Positions 17,373-27,904 are shown, counted from the stretch's first letter. The stretch: DNA of 64,000 nt from an uncultured Clostridia bacterium (GCA_947053925.1 CAMRUG010000006.1:4350-68349), one strand, 5' to 3'. Notes: generated by a model from the sequence alone, not told the origin. A program made the numbers and translations.

Positions 17373-19226
17373 TTATTTGAGTTTAGACTTTTTTGCGGGT
17401 TTGTAAAAGTACATTACAGACGAAGCAGGTATAGTCATCTCGGCATATCCTTCGTCGTTTGTAGCAAATTTTTCCGATACCGCTATACCTCGACCGCCGT
17501 ATTTGGCGTCGTCGCTGTCAATTACCAATTCGTATTCGCCCCTATCCATAAAAAATCCGTAATTGTAGTAATCGTACTGACTGAAGTTGATAACAACCAA
17601 CATTATGTTGCCGCTTTTATCTATACGTTCAAACGCAAGCACGTTATTGTTCCTATCGTCTGCAAGCAGCCATTTAAAACCATCCCAATTCGCATCGTTT
17701 TGATACAGCGGTTTATACTTTTTGTACGCTTTATTTAACTCGGCTACAAATCTGCGGTGAGAATCGTGCTTGGGATAAGTCAACAAAGACCAGTCCAGTT
17801 CTTTATTCTCGTTCCACTCGTTCCATTGCGCAAGTTCAACGCCCATAAAGTTAAGTTTCTTGCCGGGGTGGGCATACTGATACCCGAGCAGGGCTTTTAA
17901 TTGCGCAAACTTGGTATCGTATTCGCCGAACATTTTATTGATAAGACTGCCCTTTAAATGCACTACTTCATCGTGAGATAAGGGCAAAACGTAATTTTCG
18001 CTGTACGCATAGCACATAGAAAAAGTCAGCTTATTGTGATGATCGGCACGCCACAGAGTATCTGTTTTCATATATGACAGGACATCGTTCATCCAACCCA
18101 TATTCCACTTATAGTTAAAGCCCAAACCGCCCACATAAGTAGGATGCGTAACCTTGGGAAATGCGGTAGACTCTTCGGCTACAAACAATGCGTAAGGACA
18201 GGTTTCAAATACTTTACAGGAAAGTTTCCGCAGGAAATCTATCGCTTCTAAGTTTTCTTTTCCGCCGAATTTATTCGGTCGCCACTGCCCCTCGCCTCTG
18301 TCGTAATCGAGATACAGCATACTTGCAACGGCGTCTACTCTCAACCCGTCAAAGTGAAATTCTTTAAGCCAATACATAGCGTTAGAAATCAAAAAACTCT
18401 GCACTTCGTAACGGGAATAATCGAATATACGCGTGCCCCAACCTTTGTGCTCTTTTTTAAACTCATCGGCAGACTCGTAACAGCAAGTACCGTCAAATTC
18501 TATCAGTCCGTGCGCGTCTTTGCAAAAATGCGACGGAACCCAATCTAAAATAACTCCGATGCCCGCCTTGTGAAATTGATTTACAAGATATCTAAGGTCA
18601 TCGGGCGTGCCGTATCTGCTTGTCGGAGCGTAAAATCCCGTAACTTGATAGCCCCACGAACCGTCAAACGGGTGTTCTGTTAAAGGCATAAATTCAACGT
18701 GGGTATATCCCATTTTTTTAACATACGGTACAAGATATTTTGCCAAATCACGGTAGGTATACAGTCTGCCGTCAAAGTGTCTGCGCCAAGAACCTGCGTG
18801 CACTTCGTAAATATTGACAGGAGACTTATAAACGTTTTTCTTAGTTTGTTTTTCTATCCATTTTTCGTCTGTCCAAACAAAAGTTCCGTCCTTATCATAT
18901 ATACGGCTAGCCGTATTCGGACGAACTTCGGCATAAAAAGCGTACGGGTCGGCTTTGTATAAAACGCTGCCCGACTGCGTTGTAATCGCATACTTGTAGC
19001 AATCGCCGTTCTGCGCTTCCACCGTTATCTGCCAAATACCGTCAACAAGAGTCATCTTGTCGTGGCGGACCAGCCAGTTGTTAAAATCGCCTATTAACGA
19101 TACTTCCGCAGCATTAGGCGCCCACAAAGCAAAATGGTACAGATTGTCGCCAACTTTATGACAACCCAAAAGTTCGTAAGCATTCACGCTGTTGCCGCTG
19201 TAAAATTCAGTAAATTTATTAGACAT
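17373..19226 (-). CDS. glgB: 1,4-alpha-glucan branching enzyme
   Basis: 617 aa with GH13_9-type motifs DWVPSHF, GLRVDAVASM, AEESTAFP and SHDEV. Confidence 0.95.
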   Translation of the reverse strand: MSNKFTEFYSGNSVNAYELLGCHKVGDNLYHFALWAPNAAEVSLIGDFNNWLVRHDKMTLVDGIWQITVEAQNGDCYKYAITTQSGSVLYKADPYAFYAEVRPNTASRIYDKDGTFVWTDEKWIEKQTKKNVYKSPVNIYEVHAGSWRRHFDGRLYTYRDLAKYLVPYVKKMGYTHVEFMPLTEHPFDGSWGYQVTGFYAPTSRYGTPDDLRYLVNQFHKAGIGVILDWVPSHFCKDAHGLIEFDGTCCYESADEFKKEHKGWGTRIFDYSRYEVQSFLISNAMYWLKEFHFDGLRVDAVASMLYLDYDRGEGQWRPNKFGGKENLEAIDFLRKLSCKVFETCPYALFVAEESTAFPKVTHPTYVGGLGFNYKWNMGWMNDVLSYMKTDTLWRADHHNKLTFSMCYAYSENYVLPLSHDEVVHLKGSLINKMFGEYDTKFAQLKALLGYQYAHPGKKLNFMGVELAQWNEWNENKELDWSLLTYPKHDSHRRFVAELNKAYKKYKPLYQNDANWDGFKWLLADDRNNNVLAFERIDKSGNIMLVVINFSQYDYYNYGFFMDRGEYELVIDSDDAKYGGRGIAVSEKFATNDEGYAEMTIPASSVMYFYKPAKKSKLK

Positions 19227-19244
19227 ATTTTTCTCCCTGTCGCC

Positions 19245-20708
19245 TCAGCAACGGTTAACCCTTTCGGTAAGCGCACGCAGCCACTTGACTTTTTCCGCAC
19301 GCAAGTCTCCGCGTTTTGCCATATATTTCCAACAGCCGAGAGTCCCCGGTATGTTCATTCTGGAATTGGTATCGTCTTCTACTATATCCTGTAAGGAATA
19401 CAACACAAGTTCGGCGTTGCTTTCGGCAAGACGCTCTATAAGTTCCAAAGATATATGTTCTCCCGAAACATTGCTAAGACGTCTTACAATATCCTTTTGC
19501 CAATCGTTAAGCGTATTCCACCAACCGACAGTCGTATCGTTATCGTGAGTACCCAAATACGCTACGCAGTGCGTAGGATAATTTTGCGGAAGAAACGCGT
19601 TGTATTCGTTACCGTCGTATGCGAACTGCACAATTTTCATACCTGCAAGTCCGCACCTATCGCGCAAATCCAAAACGCTTTGCGGAATATCGCCCAAGTC
19701 TTCGGCAATAATTGTCAAATCGGGAACGCTGTTTTGAACCGTTTTAAGGAAATCGTATCCGACGCCCTTTTTCCACTGTCCGCGGCGCGCAGTAGTTTCG
19801 CCGTACTTAATGCAATAGTAACTGTCAAATGCACGGAAATGGTCTATACGCAAAACGTCAAACAACTCCGAACACTTTTTAACGCGTCTTATCCACCAAT
19901 CGTAACCGTCCTTTTTCATTGCGTCCCAGTTATACAGCGGATTGCCCCACAACTGTCCGTCTTCCGAAAAATAATCGGGCGGAACGCCTGCAACCAAATT
20001 GGGTCTGCGCGTTTTGGTCAAATCGAACAAATCGGAATGAGCCCAAACGTCTGCAGAATCGTATGCGACGTAAATAGGTATATCTCCTATCAGTTTTATG
20101 CCGTTATCCGACAGTTTCTTGCGGAATTTACTCCATTGTTTATCAAAAATATATTGACAGAAAATGTGGTAATCAACTTCTTCCGACAGTATTTCGTGAT
20201 AGCGCTGCATAGTTGGCTGCTTACGCATCCGTATATCTTCGTCATCCCATTCCAACCAAGATTTACCTTTAAAATGTTTTTTCAATGCGCAGAAAAACGC
20301 ATAATCGTCCAACCAGTACGAATTTGCATTGCAAAACTCCGCATAATCGCGCGTCGGGTCTAATTTTGTAAAAGAAGCAAACGCTTCGCGTAAAATCTTT
20401 TCTTTGTGGTATATTGCATAACCGTAATCGTTTCCGCGTGCATTTTTCGACTCGGTCAAAGTATCTTCGGACACAAGTCCTAATTCTGCCAACTCGTCTG
20501 CGTCAATCAATAGAGTATTGCCTGCAAAAGCAGACGGAGACGCATACGGAGAATTTACAAAGTCCGTGGGTGTAATCGGCAATACCTGCCAGTAAGTCTG
20601 TTTAGACTCGCGCAAAAATTCTATAAACTTGTTTACGTCGGCAAGGGTGCCTACACCCGACATACTCGGTAACGACGTAATATGCAATAGTATTCCGCTA
20701 GATCTCAT
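19245..20708 (-). CDS. malQ: 4-alpha-glucanotransferase (amylomaltase, GH77)
   Basis: MRSSGILLHITSLPS start (RBS AAAGGAG), then DIPIYV, LRIDHFRAF and GTHDNDT motifs. Confidence 0.9.
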   Translation of the reverse strand: MRSSGILLHITSLPSMSGVGTLADVNKFIEFLRESKQTYWQVLPITPTDFVNSPYASPSAFAGNTLLIDADELAELGLVSEDTLTESKNARGNDYGYAIYHKEKILREAFASFTKLDPTRDYAEFCNANSYWLDDYAFFCALKKHFKGKSWLEWDDEDIRMRKQPTMQRYHEILSEEVDYHIFCQYIFDKQWSKFRKKLSDNGIKLIGDIPIYVAYDSADVWAHSDLFDLTKTRRPNLVAGVPPDYFSEDGQLWGNPLYNWDAMKKDGYDWWIRRVKKCSELFDVLRIDHFRAFDSYYCIKYGETTARRGQWKKGVGYDFLKTVQNSVPDLTIIAEDLGDIPQSVLDLRDRCGLAGMKIVQFAYDGNEYNAFLPQNYPTHCVAYLGTHDNDTTVGWWNTLNDWQKDIVRRLSNVSGEHISLELIERLAESNAELVLYSLQDIVEDDTNSRMNIPGTLGCWKYMAKRGDLRAEKVKWLRALTERVNRC

Positions 20709-21403
20709 ATTTGCTCCTTTTAAAATGATTACAAAAATAATAGGCATAAAAATAAATTTTCACACCGTCTTGATTATTTTATCACTTAAACTATTTAAAA
20801 TCAATAGTTAATCTAAAAGTTTTTGGCTTTTTAATTAAATTTATTGCATTTTTTTCACAAAAATTACACTAAAAATAACACAATACTGTTATTTTAAATT
20901 TAATAACGCAAAACAGACATAAAATTTGACTAAGAACAACGCAAATACTCAAGTTTGACTAATATGTTTTTAAATCAACAGCCCAAAAGTGCAATCCGTA
21001 CTTAGCGGTCTTAACAACGGCATTTTTATTCTCAAATGTAAACCTATGTTTTAATGTAATTTCTGTCGCAATAAAACTCTCACTACCGCTTCTATTGAAC
21101 TGCCTAACGTATATCATTTAAACAGACAAAAAAAGTCTGCCGAACGGCGTCCATACGGCAAACTTTCAAAAAACTCTATTCCGATCAGTATTTTTTACTT
21201 TTGATTAACAATGCACGGTAATTCGATAATCCAAAAGCGTTTGTATTGAAACGCTTACCGTTTATTTACAATCAATAAAACAATTTATCGACACATTGCG
21301 GACGTTTATTTTCCTAAATGCTGACATTGTATATTGATTTTTTGGCTCATTTTATTTGTAAATAATAGCAACCGCACTACCAAATCGCACTAAAAACACG
21401 CCG

Positions 21404-22057
21404 CTAAAAAATCAAACTCAACGCTATAAGCAACATTCCGGGAAAATATAATAACGTATTTACCATATCTATTATACGAGACTTAAATTTGTACAAATAC
21501 AACCCCAAACAAATATCGCTCAATAAATACATAAAACAGCCGAGTCCGAACAAAATCATTGCTGTTGAATTTGCCGTACACAGCAGTACCAAGCCCAAAC
21601 TTCCGCACAAGCTGACACACAGCGTATAAATATTCAAATAGACTATACTGCTTCCGTAGGAATATAGACGCACTGCTTGGCAAACAATGTTTGCAACTAT
21701 CAATATGAGTAGAGGTAAAAGCGCCCAGTAATTAAAACCGTATTCAAGAACGGCATAGCAAAAAATCGTAGAACTTGCCGCCGCAAAAGACAGTACTCCC
21801 GCTATAAACAACGCACGCTTATCCATAAATACAAGAAATAAGTCGCCCAAAAACGCAAAACACAGACCGATAACAAGCACGAAATCGTACTTGCCTTTGT
21901 GCTGTAAACAACCGTAAATCACGGTCGCCACAAACAATGCTGCCGTCAGCATTTTTATAACGCCCCTTCCGCGGCTTGAAACACGGAATCCCTTTAATAT
22001 TATAAGTGCAACGGTAAGCAAAGCGAAAACCGATATTATAGATATCTTGAACGCCAT
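21404..22057 (-). CDS. YhhN-family (lysoplasmalogenase-like) membrane protein
   Basis: About 8 TM helices. The motifs AFLGDLFL and YLLSDICLGL resemble the YhhN signature. ATG at 22057 after GGGAGAG. Confidence 0.6.
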   Translation of the reverse strand: MAFKISIISVFALLTVALIILKGFRVSSRGRGVIKMLTAALFVATVIYGCLQHKGKYDFVLVIGLCFAFLGDLFLVFMDKRALFIAGVLSFAAASSTIFCYAVLEYGFNYWALLPLLILIVANIVCQAVRLYSYGSSIVYLNIYTLCVSLCGSLGLVLLCTANSTAMILFGLGCFMYLLSDICLGLYLYKFKSRIIDMVNTLLYFPGMLLIALSLIF

Positions 22058-22244
22058 ATATTTCTCTCCCAAAACGTTATCTCAAAACACTTTTAATCAA
22101 TATGTTTACATTTAATATACTCTAAAACAACTGTTGCCTGTTAAAAGTGAAACGGTTTTATTATTAGTATTATAAACCATTAAAATTGAAAATACAACAT
22201 ATAATTTTTCGCGTAAGCCGATTTCTGTTTTAACTTATCACGAG

Positions 22245-22273
22245 TTGACAAATTTTATTTTTCAGTCTATAAT
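22245..22273 (+). promoter_or_regulatory. consensus sigma-A promoter
   Basis: Perfect TTGACA-N17-TATAAT. Confidence 0.7.
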
Positions 22274-22279
22274 ATTTAA

Positions 22280-22380
22280 GTAAAAATAAAATACCTTAAG
22301 CAATGTGGGAGAAATCCCTTGTCCATTCGCTGCGGAAATTGAACGACAGACTAATATTTTAGTTGTGTCGTTTTTTGTTT
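22280..22380 (+). promoter_or_regulatory. candidate riboswitch/attenuator leader or small RNA (class not recognised)
   Basis: About 100 nt lie between the consensus promoter and an intrinsic terminator. It contains a GGGA-gaaa-TCCC hairpin and sits 110 nt upstream of the EamA transporter ATG. Confidence 0.4.
22342..22380 (+). terminator. intrinsic terminator
   Basis: The stem AACGACA(G)ACT / AGTT(G)TGTCGTT is followed by TTTTTTGTTT. Confidence 0.65.
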
Positions 22381-22488
22381 AAACGGGCAAAACAATTAAA
22401 TAAAGGGATATACTCAAAACACAATTTCTACAACAACGAACCTACTCGAAAATAATTACATAAACTATTCTTATAGGATTTATCGGTA

Positions 22489-23466
22489 ATGGTAACAAAA
22501 ATCAACAAACAACATACGCTTGGGATAATTCTATTATCCGCTACGGCAATACTTTGGGGCGCAGGATTTGTACTTAATTCGCAGTTAAGCAGTACGTCTT
22601 TTGTCAACGCGCCCGCAATGTTAAACGCCGTAAGATTTGTAGGCGCGGCGTTGATTTTGCTAATTATCTTTGCAAGAAAACTGAAATTTAACAAAAAAAC
22701 ACTACTTTACGGAAGTATCGGCGGTATTATGTTGTTTGCAGGCTTCCAACTACAACTTGTAGGGCTAGGATACACCACGCCTGCGCATTGCGGATTCTTT
22801 ACCGCGTCGTATATAGTATTTGTGCCTTTTATGTCGTGGATAGCATATAAGAAACGTCCCAAATGGATAGTATTTGTAGGCATCGCATTGGCAATTACGG
22901 GGCTTGTAATTCTTAACCTAAACAAAGAGACCGATTCTTCAAAAAGCACTTGGATCGGAGATTTGCTTACTCTGGGCGGAGCGACAATGTTTGCGTTGCA
23001 AATAGTATGGGGAGATTACGCATTAAAAAAGGGAATGGATTACAACAATCTTACCTTTTGGCAAGTGGCGTTTGCAGGCGTACTGTTCATTTTGTATTCG
23101 CTTATATTCGAAAGTAAAAATTACGACATTGCAAACTTTGACGTAAATTACAGTTGGTGGCGGTTATTGATAGTAGTATTTGGCGGAACGGCTTTCGCAT
23201 ACTATGCCCAAACTTACGCGCAAATGCACCTTACCCCTTCGGAAACGTCCTTACTGCTTGCGTGCGAATCGCCCATAGGAATGGTAATTTCCGTAATAGT
23301 AGGTTTGGATGACGTTACTTGGACGATATTTGTAGGCGGAACGCTGGTTATAGCTGCCGTCATACTTGTAGAAGTCGTTCCCGCGCTAACCGACAAAAAA
23401 CGTAAAATTCAGGAACAAGTTAACGTAACGGAAACCACGGAAAACACGACCGACGATACGCAGTAA
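22489..23466 (+). CDS. DMT-superfamily transporter (two EamA domains)
   Basis: 325 aa with about 10 TM helices and a duplicated EamA-like architecture. Confidence 0.8.
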   Translation: MVTKINKQHTLGIILLSATAILWGAGFVLNSQLSSTSFVNAPAMLNAVRFVGAALILLIIFARKLKFNKKTLLYGSIGGIMLFAGFQLQLVGLGYTTPAHCGFFTASYIVFVPFMSWIAYKKRPKWIVFVGIALAITGLVILNLNKETDSSKSTWIGDLLTLGGATMFALQIVWGDYALKKGMDYNNLTFWQVAFAGVLFILYSLIFESKNYDIANFDVNYSWWRLLIVVFGGTAFAYYAQTYAQMHLTPSETSLLLACESPIGMVISVIVGLDDVTWTIFVGGTLVIAAVILVEVVPALTDKKRKIQEQVNVTETTENTTDDTQ

Positions 23467-23497
23467 ACGTACTCGACACTGAATTTAACAATAAAAA

Positions 23498-23530
23498 ACG
23501 GCAATGATAAATGTTTCATTGTCGTTTTTA
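23498..23530 (+). terminator. intrinsic terminator
   Basis: ACGGCAATGA / TCATTGTCGT stem followed by T5. Confidence 0.7.
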
Positions 23531-23586
23531 TTATCTTTGCAAGCAAAACCGTCGAGACGTTACTAGGCTGAGACGTTTTTTATAAC
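23526..23586 (+). repeat. terminator-adjacent dispersed repeat, copy G
   Basis: TTTTTATTATCTTTGCAAGCAAAACCGTCGAGACGTTACTAGGCTGAGACGTTTTTTAT. Here the hairpin arms are AAAAC(C)GTC / GACGTTTT. Confidence 0.6.
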
Positions 23587-23742
23587 TAAGCTCTTTGCGC
23601 TTTCCCTAATAACCGTAGTATTGTTAAACTTAAATAATTTTACCGTTAAAAACAAGTGGCGTTTAAATATATACAACAGTAGCGGTTAGACCAGATTGCC
23701 GCCTTTTGTTAACAACTTATGCAACTTATTTTCAGGCTTGCT

Positions 23743-24570
23743 TTATATAGCATTATCTGCCAAAAGGGCTTTGCACACAAAGGATAAGTCCTCACGGTAG
23801 GTAATACCGTACCACTTGTCGTCTGTTCCGTACACCCGTACAGTCGCTTTGCCGCTCTCTAACGCTTGCGCTATTACCGTAGGAATTTGATATTCTGCCG
23901 TAGACAAATCGGACGTTTTTATAAACCGTCCGTACCCTTCGCTCAATAAGCCGAACACATCGGGAGTAAACGCCCACAAATTCATAGACACAACCGTATC
24001 GGTCGGCAGTTTAACGCCGCTACCGTCTTGAACGACGCAGTTACTGTCAATACGCGGCACTTCTTTTATGTTTGATAAAAAACCTCCGTCTACCTCGCAT
24101 ACTCCGCGCGAAACACAGCCGTTACCGCTCACCGTATTGTACAACTTGTACCCTACCATTGCGTATTGAGTTTGCTGAGCATTGACAAGATGACGGTAAG
24201 CCAAATCAAGCGCTTGCAAACCGTAGTAATCGTCGGCATTAACAACGGCAAAAGGGTCTTCAACCGCTTCCCTGCAACAAAGCAAGGCGTGCGCCGTACC
24301 GAGCGGCTTTTGTCTACGCGGAAATTCGTACTGCTTTTGAAAAACGTATGAACAGTTTATACTTTGCGAAATACGCCTTCCAACAACGGAATAAAAATCG
24401 CTGTACATTTCCTGACGGATAACAAATACTGCTTTGTCAAATCCGACGCGACAGGCATTTGCAACGGTATAGTCGAGCAACGTTCTGCCGCTTTCGTCTA
24501 CCGCTTGCATTTGTTTCAATCCGCCGAAACGGCTGCCCATTCCCGCCGCCAACACTACCAAAGTGCACAT
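23743..24570 (-). CDS. sugar-phosphate nucleotidyltransferase family protein
   Basis: N-terminal LVVLAAGMGSRFGGLKQ nucleotide-binding motif. ATG at 24570 after AGGAGA. Confidence 0.7.
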   Translation of the reverse strand: MCTLVVLAAGMGSRFGGLKQMQAVDESGRTLLDYTVANACRVGFDKAVFVIRQEMYSDFYSVVGRRISQSINCSYVFQKQYEFPRRQKPLGTAHALLCCREAVEDPFAVVNADDYYGLQALDLAYRHLVNAQQTQYAMVGYKLYNTVSGNGCVSRGVCEVDGGFLSNIKEVPRIDSNCVVQDGSGVKLPTDTVVSMNLWAFTPDVFGLLSEGYGRFIKTSDLSTAEYQIPTVIAQALESGKATVRVYGTDDKWYGITYREDLSFVCKALLADNAI

Positions 24571-24864
24571 TAGTCTTTCTCCTTGCTTATACACTAGTAT
24601 ATTGAACGAGATTGACAAAATGTTACTGCAAAAAACGAAACTGCTAGGGGGATTATAAAATAACTAAAAAGTGGTTTTATTATAAAAGATAAATGATAAC
24701 GGGATTTGACGGCGATACGCAAAAATACGAAATTTATCGTTTTGTTACGTCAAAAGTAGACAGAAAATACTGGGCGACAACCGCAGTTTATACAATGAAT
24801 AAAAAATTCAAAAACGGCACCTGCTTGAATATGCAAGCGCCTAACTTTACTACTTATAAACAAC

Positions 24865-25062
24865 TTAATCTACGCCGGAAATAAGTTCGATAATATCTTC
24901 GCGCTTGCGGCGTTCTATCTTATCGCATACGCCGTTATCTGCCAAATACTTGGCTAACTCGTAAGGGTCTTGCGTGTCAGCCTTTTTTATCAATTCTGCA
25001 AGACGCGTAATATGCTCTTGCTCACGGCCTTTGCGGGCTTCTTTAACTTTTTCCGAAAACAT
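24865..25062 (-). CDS. small hypothetical protein (65 aa)
   Basis: RBS AAAGGAGAG 8 nt before the ATG. The protein is charged and helical, and I do not recognise a family. Confidence 0.45.
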   Translation of the reverse strand: MFSEKVKEARKGREQEHITRLAELIKKADTQDPYELAKYLADNGVCDKIERRKREDIIELISGVD

Positions 25063-25712
25063 AGATTACTCTCCTTTTTTAATGTTAAAAACACAAATGA
25101 TTACTTGTTAAAACACCAAACTCAATATTTATTGATTTTTTTACTATAATTTGAACGCTTCTTTTCTTACCGTATCAAATCAACGCTTTATTCTTGCTGT
25201 TTACAAATAACTCTTTTACAAAAAGCTTTAAACGGCTTTTGCGGCAAACGATAGATACATCAAAGAATCAAATAGCGGCTTTTTCCTTATTTAAATTCAT
25301 ATTTAAACCAAAACTATTCTTACCGTAATTTGCTGTTTTACACACACTTTAATTGCCGTCAAAAGCCACAGATACTTCATAAAACAACTGCCGTTTTTTA
25401 CTTGATGCAATGTAATTAAAATATCATAAATACACTGCTTCTGTTATTACATTTTTCAATACACGTTATCGTTATCAAAAAATGCCAGCTTAAACTGTAT
25501 ATAATATATGATACGTCGGTTTGATTTTTAATGTTAATAAATCAATTTTTAAATCCTTTCAGGATACAATAGAAATATTAACAATGCGCTAAATTAGTAT
25601 TTGAAAACGCTTACCGCTTTTCTCTCTCAAATCATCTTACATTTAAAAAGACTACTTTTCGATGATAAACTCGGCTGTCATTCAAAATTTTAATTTAACG
25701 CAAGCGAGCCAA

Positions 25713-26420
25713 CTACCCGATTAAATCTTTTATTACTTCGCTTGCAATTATTAACCCTGCTACCGACGGCACAAAGGCATTGCTTGACGGAATCGGTTTG
25801 CGGCTAATTTCTTGTCCTTCATTACAAAGCGGCGTAATCGGTTCTTCCTTTGAGTACACTACTTTTAATGAAGTGATATTTCTCTTTTTTAATTCTCGCC
25901 GCATAACCTTTGCAAGCGGACAAACTGATGTTTTGTAAATATCAGCAACTTCAAATGCACAGGGATTTAATTTGTTACCGGCGCCCATAGATGATATTAT
26001 AGGTGTATTTACGGCATTAGCGCATTCTGCAAGAGCAATTTTGCCCGTTACTGTGTCTATGGCGTCCACTATGTAGTCGTATTCGGCAAAATTGAATTTA
26101 TCTGCCGTTTTAGATGAAAAAAACAAATTGTATTTTCGGACAATACAGTCAGGATTGATATCTTTTATGCGCTGCTCAGCAACGTCAACCTTATTTAATC
26201 CCACGGTGCTGTGAGTTGCATATATTTGACGGTTAATATTTGTTAGCGAAACAACATCGTTGTCTATTATATCTATCGCTCCTACGCCAGTGCGGACGAG
26301 TGCTTCCGCGACATAACCGCCCACACCGCCTATGCCGAAAACAGCCACACGGCTTTTATAAAGTTTTTCCATACCGCTCTTACCGAGCATCATTTCCGTC
26401 CGTGAAAATTGATTTGCCAT
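25713..26420 (-). CDS. tcdA: tRNA threonylcarbamoyladenosine dehydratase (ThiF/E1-like)
   Basis: VAVFGIGGVGGYVAEAL...IIDNDVVSLTNINRQ. The ATG at 26420 gives a protein of the typical ~236 aa. Confidence 0.8.
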   Translation of the reverse strand: MANQFSRTEMMLGKSGMEKLYKSRVAVFGIGGVGGYVAEALVRTGVGAIDIIDNDVVSLTNINRQIYATHSTVGLNKVDVAEQRIKDINPDCIVRKYNLFFSSKTADKFNFAEYDYIVDAIDTVTGKIALAECANAVNTPIISSMGAGNKLNPCAFEVADIYKTSVCPLAKVMRRELKKRNITSLKVVYSKEEPITPLCNEGQEISRKPIPSSNAFVPSVAGLIIASEVIKDLIG

Positions 26421-26653
26421 AAAACACCTATATGTACTCAAATCTATAAATCTGTTAAAATTAAGTTTATATATACAAATTTTACAACAAAACAATTTTG
26501 CAGTCAACAGGTAACGGGAAAACGTGTAACGCATATTTCCGTACAGCGTACCCACCATACGGCGTATGTTCGATGACCTAAACAAAAACCCACTAGAAGC
26601 CTATTTTTGACTTCTAACGGGTTTTGGGTAAAGATATTGCAACCTAAAACGAA

Positions 26654-27829
26654 TTATTTCTTGACTTTGAGCGCCTCAAATTCTAATCGTAAAGATGGAC
26701 TGTTTTTTGTGAGCTTTTTTATTGTCAAATCTTCTGCTTTGCTATTTGCAGTAATCAGTTGTTTACTTGTTCCCAACAATTCTTCTTTGACTTTTTCAAG
26801 ATGGTTTATTGTTTTATCAATTTCCGCAACTGCGTTATCAAACTTATTTTTGGCGCGCTTTATATTTCCTGCCAAATCGTTTTTAAATCTCGTTAATTCA
26901 TCTTCAAAATTCGTAATATCAACATTTTGTTTTTGCATTGTTGCGATGGTCCTTTTATACTCCAAGGAATTCATCGCCTCATTACGTAGCAGAGATATAA
27001 TAGGAATAAAAAATTGCGGACGTATTACGTACATTTTAGGGTATTTGTGCGACACATCGACAATACCCGAGTTATATAATTCGCTGTCGGCTTCCAACAT
27101 TGAAACAAGTATGGCGTACTCGCATTCTTTCTCAGTCCTGTCCTTATCTAATTCCTTAAAAAAATCCTCATTTTTCTTTTTGGTGGCAGTAGCGTCGGCT
27201 TCATTTTTCATTTCAAACATTATTGAAAGAATTTCCGTTCCGTCATCGTCGTTAATCTTAAAAATATAGTCGCCTTTACTTCCAGTGCGCGAATCGTTGT
27301 CTTTTTCAAAAAATGCATTTCTGAATCCTATAGAGCGCATTTTTTCAAATTCAGTTTGACAATGCTGTTCTAAACTTTCTCCCAACACTTTAACAGACTG
27401 TTTTGCTTTGAAATCTTTATACTGTGCAATTAACTCATCCTTCATTTTTAATTGTATCTCATATTGTCTTTTCGTTTCACTTTCACGAATTTCATATTCC
27501 TTTTCGGCAATATCTAAGCGACTTTTAAGCGTCGTAACTTCCTTATCCTTTGCGACAAGTTCCTTTTCCTTGTTTTTTAATGCGTTTTCGACAGCTATTT
27601 TCTTGCCATCCTCGTTTCTATTGATTATTTCATTAAGTTTTTGTATCTCTATTTCATACTTTAACGATGTCGATTCGATTGCGGATTGTCTTTCTGCCTC
27701 CCATAGAGCCTTCATTTCCTTAATCTTTTTTTCAAATTCCTTATCTCTAACTTGCAAGGCAATTTTTTCATAACTTGACTCGCCAAGTTTAAAGCTTTCT
27801 CCGCATTTTGGACATTTAATTTCGTTCAT
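26654..27829 (-). CDS. DUF2130-family protein (zinc-ribbon start, long coiled coil, C-terminal nuclease-like domain)
   Basis: Begins IKCPKCGESFKL, followed by ~200 aa of Glu/Lys-rich coiled coil, then the conserved DYIFK...FEMKNE region. Confidence 0.7.
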   Translation of the reverse strand: MNEIKCPKCGESFKLGESSYEKIALQVRDKEFEKKIKEMKALWEAERQSAIESTSLKYEIEIQKLNEIINRNEDGKKIAVENALKNKEKELVAKDKEVTTLKSRLDIAEKEYEIRESETKRQYEIQLKMKDELIAQYKDFKAKQSVKVLGESLEQHCQTEFEKMRSIGFRNAFFEKDNDSRTGSKGDYIFKINDDDGTEILSIMFEMKNEADATATKKKNEDFFKELDKDRTEKECEYAILVSMLEADSELYNSGIVDVSHKYPKMYVIRPQFFIPIISLLRNEAMNSLEYKRTIATMQKQNVDITNFEDELTRFKNDLAGNIKRAKNKFDNAVAEIDKTINHLEKVKEELLGTSKQLITANSKAEDLTIKKLTKNSPSLRLEFEALKVKK

Positions 27830-27904
27830 AAACTCCTCCTTTGTTTATTTAATAGAACGTATTATACAATTTAATATTGCTACTAAAAGAAAATATAATA
27901 ATTG

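Noticed and set aside
19455-20363. A 302-aa plus-strand ORF inside malQ.
   Set aside because: It is antisense to a clearly recognisable GH77 gene, with no motifs or RBS. It is the same kind of artefact as the ORFs at 15072-15638, 16047-16511, 17154-17738 and 59458-59994.
26607-27269. A 220-aa plus-strand ORF opposite the DUF2130 gene.
   Set aside because: It is a Ser/Phe/Leu-rich translation of the antisense strand of a Glu/Lys-rich coiled-coil gene, which is a compositional mirror artefact.
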